A stretch of DNA of 64,000 nt from Terriglobales bacterium (GTDB lineage Bacteria > Acidobacteriota > Terriglobia > Terriglobales > Acidobacteriaceae), in NCBI GenBank assembly GCA_035252015.1, contig DATFDP010000044.1:788-64787 (forward strand), written 5' to 3'. Below, piece by piece: positions 9,191 through 17,589 of the stretch. The translations under genes and the position numbers were made by a program. The stretch's first letter is position 1. Every line of letters begins with the position of its first letter. The notes below the pieces were generated by a model. The model was not told where the DNA came from. It saw nothing but the letters and a program-made list of their open reading frames with translations, and searched no databases.

Positions 9191-10568
9191 CCTGAGCGCC
9201 GCATCCCAACCGCATTCCCGCACGCCGCTGATCATCGCTGCCAGTGTCTCTACACTGGGCGGGCTGCTATTCGGCTACGACAACATCGTGATCAGCGGCG
9301 CCATCGGCTATCTCAGCCGTCTCTTTCATTTGAATGCGGCGGGCATCGGGTGGGCAGCCGGTTGCGCTCTTATCGGGTGCATTGTTGGTTGCGCCGGAGC
9401 AGGAACCGTAGCCGATTTCCTGGGGAAGAAGAAGGGGCTGGCGCTGTGCGCGCTGTGCTTTGCTCTCTCTTCCGTGGGCATGCTTTTTGCCGCCAATCTG
9501 AGCCAGTTCGTTATCTGGAGGCTGATTGGCGGACTCGGCATCGGCGCCGCATCGGTTATTTCTCCCAACTACATTGCTGAAATCGCGCCCACGCGGGTGC
9601 GCGGCCGCTGCGTGACCCTTTACCAGCTTGGTATTGTGGTTGGAATTCTCGCCGCCGTCTTCGTCAACATGCTTATTCAACGCATGGGCGATGACGCCTG
9701 GAACATGTCCACCGGCTGGCGCTGGATGTTTTTCGCGGGCATCGTGCCGGCACTTCTGTTCGGACTGATGATTCTGCCTGCCGTGGAGAGCCCGCGCTGG
9801 CTGATGAAGATGGGCCGACGCGATCAGGGCGTAAGGGTACTGACAAGAATAAACGGCGCAGAGGAGGCGGCGAGCGAAGCTGCTGAGATAGAAAACTCGC
9901 TCGCCATCGAGGAAGGCCACTTCTCGGAACTATTTACGATCTTCCGCCGTCCCTTGCTGCTGGGCATCATGCTGGCCGGATTGCAGCAGATCAGTGGAAT
10001 TACGCCGATATTTTCTTTCTTGCCGGAAATCTTTCGTGACGCAGGAACGGCGACCAGAGATGCGTTTTCCCAGTCTGTGCTGGTTAGCGTCATCAACCTT
10101 TTATTCACCTTCGTCGCTCTCGGTCTCGTTGACCGCGCTGGACGCAGAACTCTGATTCTGGCAGGCACCACTGTGCAGTTCGTCTCACTTGCATTGGTGG
10201 GCTGGTTTTATCATGTGCACGGCAGCGGCCTGGCAGTGTTGGTGTTTGTGATGAGCTTTGTGGCGGGTCACGCTTTCGGCAATGGCGTGGCCTGCTGGGT
10301 CATCATTTCTGAAATTTACCCGACCAAGGTGCGTGGGCGTGGCATGTCCATTGCTACAACCGCGCTGTGGTTGGTGGGATTCCTGGGGAATCAGTCGTTC
10401 CCCATCATGCAAAAGAACCTAGGTTCCGATGGCACGTTTTGGATCTTTGCCGTCGGCGCCCTATTGACCATTGTTCTTGTCGCTTGGCTCATCCCCGAAA
10501 CTAAAGGCCGCTCGCTCGAAGAAATCACCCGATTCTGGACTAAAGAGAAAGCAATGATCGCCGGATAA
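9159..10568 (+). CDS. MFS sugar porter (sugar:H+ symporter family)
   Basis: GGLLFGYDNIVISGA, GRRTLILAGT and PETKGRSLEEI are classic sugar-porter signatures. About 12 TM segments. The true start is uncertain because the ORF-track start overlaps the uxuA-like 3' end. Confidence 0.85.
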   Translation: MPRLRSGEALNLSAASQPHSRTPLIIAASVSTLGGLLFGYDNIVISGAIGYLSRLFHLNAAGIGWAAGCALIGCIVGCAGAGTVADFLGKKKGLALCALCFALSSVGMLFAANLSQFVIWRLIGGLGIGAASVISPNYIAEIAPTRVRGRCVTLYQLGIVVGILAAVFVNMLIQRMGDDAWNMSTGWRWMFFAGIVPALLFGLMILPAVESPRWLMKMGRRDQGVRVLTRINGAEEAASEAAEIENSLAIEEGHFSELFTIFRRPLLLGIMLAGLQQISGITPIFSFLPEIFRDAGTATRDAFSQSVLVSVINLLFTFVALGLVDRAGRRTLILAGTTVQFVSLALVGWFYHVHGSGLAVLVFVMSFVAGHAFGNGVACWVIISEIYPTKVRGRGMSIATTALWLVGFLGNQSFPIMQKNLGSDGTFWIFAVGALLTIVLVAWLIPETKGRSLEEITRFWTKEKAMIAG

Positions 10569-10597
10569 CCAACCCATCCGTACTAGAGGAGGGCACA

Positions 10598-11914
10598 ATG
10601 GAGGAAAGAAGCCCGTTAGAAGCAAATACTCCTGCATCGCCCCGTCTTACCCGCCGCAGGCTATTAAAGTCAGCTGCCGCGCTGGCAGCGGCAACGCTTG
10701 TACCTTCCTCCCTTACCCGCCTCGCAACTGCCATCCAAGCCCCCGGCCCAACCAAGCCAGATTTCTCCAAGTCCAATCCATTCCTGAAAAATCCACGCTG
10801 GTACGGCTTTAACCTTCTGGAGTATTTCTCTACCGATGCGGACTGGATGAAGTACTTCCCTTACAAGAATGACGGCATGTTCCTGGAAGACGACTTCCGC
10901 TGGATCCGCGACTGGGGCTTCAATTGGGTGCGGCTGCCCATGGACTACCGCTTCTGGACGTCTTCCGACCTGTTCACGATTACCGAGAAAAAAGTGGAAC
11001 CGATTGATCGAGCTATCCGTCTTGGTGAGAAGTTCGGTGTTCACGTGAATCTCTGTCTTCACCGCGCCCCGGGCTTGTGCATTCTGGATACGATGGATGA
11101 AAAGCTGACCGGCATTCACGTCACTAAGGAGAAGACAGATGTCTTCACCGATTTACACACCTTTGATGCTTTTGTTCACCAGTGGACTTACTTCGCAGAC
11201 CGCTACAAGGGCATTTCCAGCAAACACCTGAGTTTCAATTTAGTGAACGAGCCGATTGTATTGCCAAATGCAGCCGAGTTGGCGGAAATGCGGCGGCACG
11301 GCCCTGTTACGGCAGCTGACTTGTTCAGCCCGGAGCGCATGAGGCGTCACGAGAAGGATTACGTCCGGTTGGCTAAGGCCTCCCATGAGGCAATTCATCA
11401 GCATGACCCGCAGCGCCTGGTGATCAGTGATGGCTATGCGGGAGGGGGTTGGGCCGTGCCGGAGCTTGCAGGTACGGGTATGCTGCAAAGCTGCCATACC
11501 TATACGCCGATGCAGCTCACACATCATAAGTGCGAGTGGGCGCGAGGCATGCTGAGCGGATCAGAGGCGGCGCCTACGTGGCCCTTGAAGGACGAAAAGG
11601 GCAAAGTCGTATGTGACCGTCAGACGCTCACCAATCTATTCACACCATGGGGCACTCTCTCGGCAAAAGGCGTTCCCATACACTTCGGGGAGATGGGCTG
11701 CTACAAGCACACGCCACCGGAGGTTGTGCTGGCGTGGTTCCGCGACACACTGGACGTGATTGGCGCGCTGAATTCTGGCTGGGCATTGTGGAATTTTCGC
11801 GGACCATTCGGTGTGCTCGACACGGAGCGGCCGGGCACGAAGTTCGAAGAGTGGAGAGGACATAAGCTCGATCGCCCGCTGCTCACCTTGTTGCAACAGA
11901 AGATCGAGACTTAA
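10598..11914 (+). CDS. Glycoside hydrolase family 5 (cellulase/mannanase-type), Tat signal
   Basis: Twin-arginine leader LTRRRLLKSAAALAAATL. Clan GH-A acid/base FNLVNEP and nucleophile region IHFGEMGC. Confidence 0.8.
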   Translation: MEERSPLEANTPASPRLTRRRLLKSAAALAAATLVPSSLTRLATAIQAPGPTKPDFSKSNPFLKNPRWYGFNLLEYFSTDADWMKYFPYKNDGMFLEDDFRWIRDWGFNWVRLPMDYRFWTSSDLFTITEKKVEPIDRAIRLGEKFGVHVNLCLHRAPGLCILDTMDEKLTGIHVTKEKTDVFTDLHTFDAFVHQWTYFADRYKGISSKHLSFNLVNEPIVLPNAAELAEMRRHGPVTAADLFSPERMRRHEKDYVRLAKASHEAIHQHDPQRLVISDGYAGGGWAVPELAGTGMLQSCHTYTPMQLTHHKCEWARGMLSGSEAAPTWPLKDEKGKVVCDRQTLTNLFTPWGTLSAKGVPIHFGEMGCYKHTPPEVVLAWFRDTLDVIGALNSGWALWNFRGPFGVLDTERPGTKFEEWRGHKLDRPLLTLLQQKIET

Positions 11915-11962
11915 CTCCCCCTGTTCCGCTGCCACTACAGCCGCGGTGAAGGAGTCGTAGTC

Positions 11963-13537
11963 ATGAAAACAACGCTGTATTTCTGGGTTTGCATTCTGCT
12001 GCTCTCTGTTCTTGCATTCCCTCAGACGGCAAATCAGGTTGGGTTTCGAGCCTTACAAGTAGACGCAAGCAAGGTCATCGGCGAAATCCGCTCATTCCAA
12101 GGAGTGAACGGTCCGCCAACTCCAGTCATGGCCGGGCTTCCTACACTCATCCAGCAGTACAAGCAAGTCCGCATTGGCCAGGTGCGTACCCACGATTTCA
12201 TGGGTCCCACCGAGATTGACTCCAAATTTGTTCTGGGCAATGGCGCGCTTACCTGGCTTATTCCTGACAACGCACAGCGCGCCGGTGTCGTGAAAAACGG
12301 TAATGCAAGCATCATCTTTCCCAATTGGAGCGCCGATCCAGACCAGCCCGAAAACTACAACTTCGGCCCCACCGACAAAGTGATCGCGGCCATTCACGCC
12401 AGCGGGGCGGAAGTGTATTACCGCATTGGACGCAGTTGGGGAGCCAATATCAATCCGCCGGCGGATTTCGATAAGTTCGCAGCCATCGTCAGACACATTG
12501 CTATGCATTACAACCAAGGCTGGGCCAACGGATTCCACTACGGAATTCGCTATTGGGAGTTCTGGAACGAACCGGAGGGTTTCTGGTCGGGCACTCCCCA
12601 GCAGTTTTACACACTCTATGAGAAAACCACGCGGGCCTTGAAGTCCCTCGATCCTTCTTTAAAAGTGGGCGGCGACGCCAAAGCTTTTCCCTACGACGAT
12701 GGGGGTTACCGCGAAGGGTTTATTGACTATTGCTCAGTCCATCACTTGCCGCTGGATTTTTATTCGTGGCACACCTACGCCAATGGTTCCGCCGACCCTT
12801 ACGACGCTATTCGCTTGGGCAAGGAAATTCGCGAGATCCTCGACCACCATGGCTTTCCCCAGGCGGAGAACATTCTTTCCGAGTGGAATCTGACGGCGAA
12901 CTTTACCGAGGAGAAAAAGGCTGAGCTAGAGAGCGTGCATAACGCCGCCTACATTGGCGCTGTGCTCAGCTACTTGCAAGACACACCCATTGACCACGCA
13001 CATTTCTACCGTGGCGACGCCGCCTGGATGGGACTTTTTAACTTGAATGGCAAGTTCTTCAAAACCGCCTATGCATTTGCAGCCATGGGGAAGATGTTGG
13101 GCACTCCGCAGCGGCTTGCGGTTTCGGGAACTGACACCTTCGGCTTTGCCGCGCTGGCTGGCCGCTCCAGAGACGGTAATACAGTTCAGGTTCTTATCAG
13201 CAATTACGAGATTCCCAAGAATTACAAACCCGATCTGATGCCCATGCCCCCCGAGCTGCAGAAAGCAGCGCCCCCAATGCCCAACATGTCGAAGGTTAAA
13301 TTCCTGCCGCTGCGTACAGGCATCGCCTACCACGACAACCGCGGCTACAATTTGACCCTCAGGAATCTGCCGTGGGGCAGCGCCCCGTACACAGTTAAGC
13401 GCTACCGTATCAGCAAGACAGAGAACTTCGACCTGGTGAAGACGACATCTGAAAAAGGAGGGACCTTGCACCTCTCCAATCCCCTGGCGCCCGACGCCTT
13501 GGAATTGATCGTTCTTCAAAAAAGCCGTGGTTTATAA
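11963..13537 (+). CDS. Clan GH-A glycoside hydrolase (GH39-like), Sec signal
   Basis: Signal-like N-terminus MKTTLYFWVCILLLSVLAFPQ. RYWEFWNEPE (acid/base) and ILSEWNLT (nucleophile). Family assignment is by eye only. Confidence 0.6.
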   Translation: MKTTLYFWVCILLLSVLAFPQTANQVGFRALQVDASKVIGEIRSFQGVNGPPTPVMAGLPTLIQQYKQVRIGQVRTHDFMGPTEIDSKFVLGNGALTWLIPDNAQRAGVVKNGNASIIFPNWSADPDQPENYNFGPTDKVIAAIHASGAEVYYRIGRSWGANINPPADFDKFAAIVRHIAMHYNQGWANGFHYGIRYWEFWNEPEGFWSGTPQQFYTLYEKTTRALKSLDPSLKVGGDAKAFPYDDGGYREGFIDYCSVHHLPLDFYSWHTYANGSADPYDAIRLGKEIREILDHHGFPQAENILSEWNLTANFTEEKKAELESVHNAAYIGAVLSYLQDTPIDHAHFYRGDAAWMGLFNLNGKFFKTAYAFAAMGKMLGTPQRLAVSGTDTFGFAALAGRSRDGNTVQVLISNYEIPKNYKPDLMPMPPELQKAAPPMPNMSKVKFLPLRTGIAYHDNRGYNLTLRNLPWGSAPYTVKRYRISKTENFDLVKTTSEKGGTLHLSNPLAPDALELIVLQKSRGL

Positions 13538-13597
13538 AAGCTCAGACCAAGCGTTCGCTCCCGTCCGGGTCATTGCAAAGCGCAGCGCGTGGTCTCC

Positions 13598-16500
13598 TTA
13601 GAACTGGAACTTAATCGCGAAATTCATGTTACGAGGGCCGCCTTGGGAAACCACCGGATTGCCTGAGGCGACGTCGGGTGTCTTCGTGATTCCGAACAGA
13701 CTGCCGCCCAGCAGCGTGTTGTTGGGAAGGTAGTAGAAGTTCGCCCGGTTCAGCACATTATAGACTTCCCAGCGAAATTCCATGTTCAGCCGTTCCGTGA
13801 TCTTCGTGTTCTTGATGATGGTGGCATCCAATTGGCTCAGGCCAGGCCCGACCAGCTGATTTCTGCGCGAGTTCCCGACCGTTCCGGCACAGGGGATGTA
13901 GAAGGGCGAGAGAGGCAGCCCTCCCGACGTATCACCGCAGGGGTCAGGCTGGCCGGGAGCAGTATAAGTCTCCAACACGTACTGGTCCGGGTTGCGGGTG
14001 TTGTAGTGAACCGGAGTGCCGTCCCAGGCGGCGCGAATCGCATCGCCGCTGAATCCCTGCCCGGAAGGATCCGAGCCTCCGCCCGTCATTACCGAGAATG
14101 GGCGTCCACTGATCGCGGTATAAATGGTACTGATCTGCCAGCCCTGACCCAGATACCGTCCCAGATGGGGAATGGCCGGGACAGAATAGACACCAGCGAG
14201 GTTGAAATTGAGACGAACGTCACTGTCGCAAAGCCCCCAGGAATCTCTCACGTTAAGAGGATTGTTCAGCTGCGGGAAATCTCCCACCCCACCCCGGTTG
14301 ACGGAGTTCTCGTCGAAGCACTTGCTCCAGGTCAAGTTGTACTGAGTATCCAAGCCGTGGAAATTGCGCTGGTTGTAGGTAGCCTGCAGGCTGTCGTACT
14401 GCGACTTACCCAGATTCGTGGCCTGGATAATGTGACTTAAGTCTGGGAACTGGGCAGCATAGGGGCGGTCGCTGGGGTTGCCCGCACTCCCCAGCGGGCT
14501 GGCGTTGAGGTCGCGATAAATGACCAGGTCGCGTCCACGCTGGCCGGAATAGCCGATGGTCAGCACATTGTTGCGGGCGATCTCCTGCTGAATGCTCAGG
14601 CTGATGTTGTGCAACCGGGGCGTACGATAGTTGGGATCAACACCAAAAGCATTGAAGGGTGGCGAACCGCCGGGGCTAGGACCAAAAATCGGTCCGTTCG
14701 TAAAGCAGACATAATCGCCCGCCTGCGTCACCGGATTAACACAAGTAGCGGCCGGATCGTTTGGGTTCACACTGTTTGCCCCAGACAACGAGACCCCGAA
14801 GGATGAAAACGGGCCCAGGTCGGGCTGACTGAAAGACCCGGCACGCGCGTGAGAGATCGTATAGGGCGCGGCAAAGGCGGCGAAATTGGGCACGTCATAG
14901 GTCAAAGAGTAGCCGCCGCGGACGGCAGTTTTTCCCGTGCCGAACACGTCCCAGGCAAATCCGAGGTGAGGCCCGAAGTCGTGCAAGTCGCGGTTATAGA
15001 GGCGGTCAATACCCTGACCCAATTCCACCAACCCTACATTGGGAATGAAATTCGACCCGATGTTGTTCTGCTCGCCGATGGCGCCGTTGATATCCCAGCG
15101 CAGACCATAGCTGATAGTTAGATTGGGCTTGATCTTGTAGTCATCCTGCGCGTAGAAGCCGACGGATTTCTGGAAGATATGACGGTGAGTGTCGCCGAAG
15201 TTGCGGTCGGCCAGATCCGCTTTACCCAGCAGCAGCTCCTCCACAGCATCTTGGACCGAGTTAGTTGAAATTCCGCCCGTATAGCCGATGAAATAGCCCA
15301 TGGCGAGGCCAGTGCGCGCTCGATTGCGCAAGCTGTTGGTGTAAGCCTTCTGGTAGTTTCCACCCAATTTTATCGTGTGGTTACCTTTTACCCAGGTGAA
15401 GTGCTCGGACCAATCCCAAGTCTGGTCGGGACGGGTGGTAATGGGATAACCCTGAACGCCGCCAATGTAGCCACCATACCCTAGGGGCGACATGTAAACG
15501 TAGGGCACGCCGAAGTCCGCCGGTGAAAGCGGGCCGGTGTCAACGCCAAGGCTCTTAGGATCAATCTTGTTGTTGACATCAATGATCTGGGCAAAGCGGG
15601 TAAAACCGAGCCGGCTCTCCAGAATCTTGTTGTTGCTCATGTTCCAAGTCCAGCTGACGCCAGCCATTTGGGCACGGCTGGGAGCAATGGAATTAAAAAG
15701 ATCTGCCGGATGATTGCCACCCGCCGGTAGACCCGCAAAGGGTGGAGCGCTCTGCAGGCTATCGCCGAAAATATAGCGGACCGAAACCGAGTGGTTTTGG
15801 TTGAACCTGTAGTCGAACTTGGTGCCAAAACCATTGGCATTCGCCGTGGTTGGGGTACGGGCTACGAATGTGCCCGTCGTCGACGTTGGGAAATAGCTTA
15901 AGAGCGTCTGCCCCACCGGGTTTACTGTCAGGCCGCTGGCAGCGATATTAGCAAGGGCTCCCTGAATGTCCGCCGGCGTGGGAACGGTCCTGCTGCTCAC
16001 CGCCAAAGAGTTGTAACGCTGGCCTTCGTAATAAAGGAACAGGAAAGCCTTGTCTTTGATGATCGGTCCGCCGATCGTGCCGTTAAACTGGTTGTTATGC
16101 AAAGGGGTGCTGGCACACTCTCCGACCGAACCGCAATTATCGGTGTTGTGATTGGAGAAGTAGTTGTCGGCGTCGGCAAAATTGGTATGCCGCACCCAGG
16201 TTGCCGATCCGTGCCAGGTGTTCGTGCCGCTCTTCATGCCCAGAAGAATGGGCGCGCCACCCTTGACGCCAAATTCCGAAGAGGGCGTTTCCTGCACGGT
16301 TAATTCGGAAATTGCCTCCGGCGGGAACAGGGTTGCCGGAATGCCCACGACCCCGGTCTGGTTGATGGCTGAATCGCCGTAGTAACGGTCGTTGTTATAC
16401 AAACCATCAATGAAATAGTTGTTGGAAGTAGTGCGTGCTCCGTTGATGCTGATGGCCAGGAAGCCGCCGCCTGGCGCGCGCTGCACCCCGGGCGTGATGG

Positions 16501-16969
16501 CCAGCAGGGAGTTGAAATCGCGGCCATTCAGTGGGACGCTCTCAATCTTCCGCTGGTCTACGTAGTTGTTGTTGTTCGGGGATAGGTCCACCAACGGCGC
16601 CTCGGCTTGCACCGTAACCGTTTCCTCGCGCGAGCCCACTTCCATCCTGAAGCTGGCACGCACCACGGCGTTTAACACCACCTGAACCCGCTGCCTCATG
16701 TTCTTGAACCCCGGCGCAGAAACGCTGACCGAGTAGACCCCGCTGGGCAAGTCAGTGATGCGATACGACCCTGTGCTGGTAGTTGTGGCGGTGCGAGTGA
16801 GGCCGGTCGCCGCGCTTTTGGCGGTCACGTTCACATTGGGCAGCACAGCACCCGATGAATCAGTGACGTCGCCCGTAATATCACCCGTTATCTTTTGAGC
16901 GACAAGGGGAACAGATGCCAGTAGCAGGGCCAACAGCAGTGACAGGTATGACCACCGAAAACGCCGCAT
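13598..16969 (-). CDS. TonB-dependent-receptor-like outer-membrane protein with N-terminal carboxypeptidase-regulatory-like domain
   Basis: About 1,120 aa. Signal MRRFRWSYLSLLLALLLASVPLVAQ, then GDVTDSSGAVLPNVNVTAKS...GSYRITDLPSGVYSVSVSAPGFK. Ends in a C-terminal aromatic (...NFAIKFQF). I chose the ATG at 16969 (GGAGG 6 nt upstream) over the ORF-track start at 17074. Confidence 0.85.
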   Translation of the reverse strand: MRRFRWSYLSLLLALLLASVPLVAQKITGDITGDVTDSSGAVLPNVNVTAKSAATGLTRTATTTSTGSYRITDLPSGVYSVSVSAPGFKNMRQRVQVVLNAVVRASFRMEVGSREETVTVQAEAPLVDLSPNNNNYVDQRKIESVPLNGRDFNSLLAITPGVQRAPGGGFLAISINGARTTSNNYFIDGLYNNDRYYGDSAINQTGVVGIPATLFPPEAISELTVQETPSSEFGVKGGAPILLGMKSGTNTWHGSATWVRHTNFADADNYFSNHNTDNCGSVGECASTPLHNNQFNGTIGGPIIKDKAFLFLYYEGQRYNSLAVSSRTVPTPADIQGALANIAASGLTVNPVGQTLLSYFPTSTTGTFVARTPTTANANGFGTKFDYRFNQNHSVSVRYIFGDSLQSAPPFAGLPAGGNHPADLFNSIAPSRAQMAGVSWTWNMSNNKILESRLGFTRFAQIIDVNNKIDPKSLGVDTGPLSPADFGVPYVYMSPLGYGGYIGGVQGYPITTRPDQTWDWSEHFTWVKGNHTIKLGGNYQKAYTNSLRNRARTGLAMGYFIGYTGGISTNSVQDAVEELLLGKADLADRNFGDTHRHIFQKSVGFYAQDDYKIKPNLTISYGLRWDINGAIGEQNNIGSNFIPNVGLVELGQGIDRLYNRDLHDFGPHLGFAWDVFGTGKTAVRGGYSLTYDVPNFAAFAAPYTISHARAGSFSQPDLGPFSSFGVSLSGANSVNPNDPAATCVNPVTQAGDYVCFTNGPIFGPSPGGSPPFNAFGVDPNYRTPRLHNISLSIQQEIARNNVLTIGYSGQRGRDLVIYRDLNASPLGSAGNPSDRPYAAQFPDLSHIIQATNLGKSQYDSLQATYNQRNFHGLDTQYNLTWSKCFDENSVNRGGVGDFPQLNNPLNVRDSWGLCDSDVRLNFNLAGVYSVPAIPHLGRYLGQGWQISTIYTAISGRPFSVMTGGGSDPSGQGFSGDAIRAAWDGTPVHYNTRNPDQYVLETYTAPGQPDPCGDTSGGLPLSPFYIPCAGTVGNSRRNQLVGPGLSQLDATIIKNTKITERLNMEFRWEVYNVLNRANFYYLPNNTLLGGSLFGITKTPDVASGNPVVSQGGPRNMNFAIKFQF

Positions 16970-17221
16970 CGCGATCCTCCAGAGGAGAGAAAAAGAAATA
17001 CACTTAGACAGCGCAACAGACAACTGATAGCGGCCAAGTGTAACCCCAAGCTGTTCGTTGTCAATAGCATTCAACGAAAACTAGACGTTGCGACATAACA
17101 GAAGTGGTGAGATATGTTTGAAATGAAGAGATACGCTTCGCCACATTCGGCGCTCTGAGAATGGGTCCCGGCTAAATTGTCCTTAAAATAATGGGCGCGA
17201 TTTTCGCCGGGAGGTCAGCCG

Positions 17222-17538
17222 ATGCGATCAGTTTGGTTGGTCTTGTCCATCCTGTTTGTCTGCTCCCTGCTCTGTGAGGAATCCCCAAAGGCTATGATGG
17301 TCCGTTACCAATGCCCGGCCGCAGGCCCGAGGTTTGGAAAGTCGACCCGCCCCCCCAAGCCCGAAAGGTTGACGTAGTCAAGCTCAAGACACAAGCAGAC
17401 GAACCGGCGAAGCTGGCGGCGGGAGTGCCGCCGGACATTGAGCAACTCAAGAAAGGGCTTATCTCAAAGGATGTGGAACACAATCTGAAGCGGCTTGAAA
17501 AGTTGTCGAAACAGCTCCGGCACGAATTGAATGAATAG
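17222..17538 (+). CDS. Small secreted protein, apparently split between two frames at a C7 run (17222-17377 signal-peptide ORF; 17311-17538 charged/coiled ORF)
   Basis: GGGAGG lies 7 nt upstream of the ATG at 17222, which encodes MRSVWLVLSILFVCSLLCEE.... The overlapping 75-aa ORF lies in a different frame, and one extra base upstream would bring it into frame with the first ORF; it has no signal peptide or SD of its own. Both frames cross ccccccc at 17350-17356. Confidence 0.3.
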
Positions 17539-17589
17539 GGGGAGCTTCCCCTGTGGGGGAATCGCAGTTAGTATTAAGGGCTCTCTTCT

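Noticed and set aside
13545-13594. An imperfect inverted repeat (gaccaagcg...cgcgtggtc) between the convergent GH39-like and TBDR genes, considered as a bidirectional terminator.
   Set aside because: The loop is about 32 nt, the stem has one mismatch, and there is no flanking T/A run. That is not enough to call a Rho-independent terminator.
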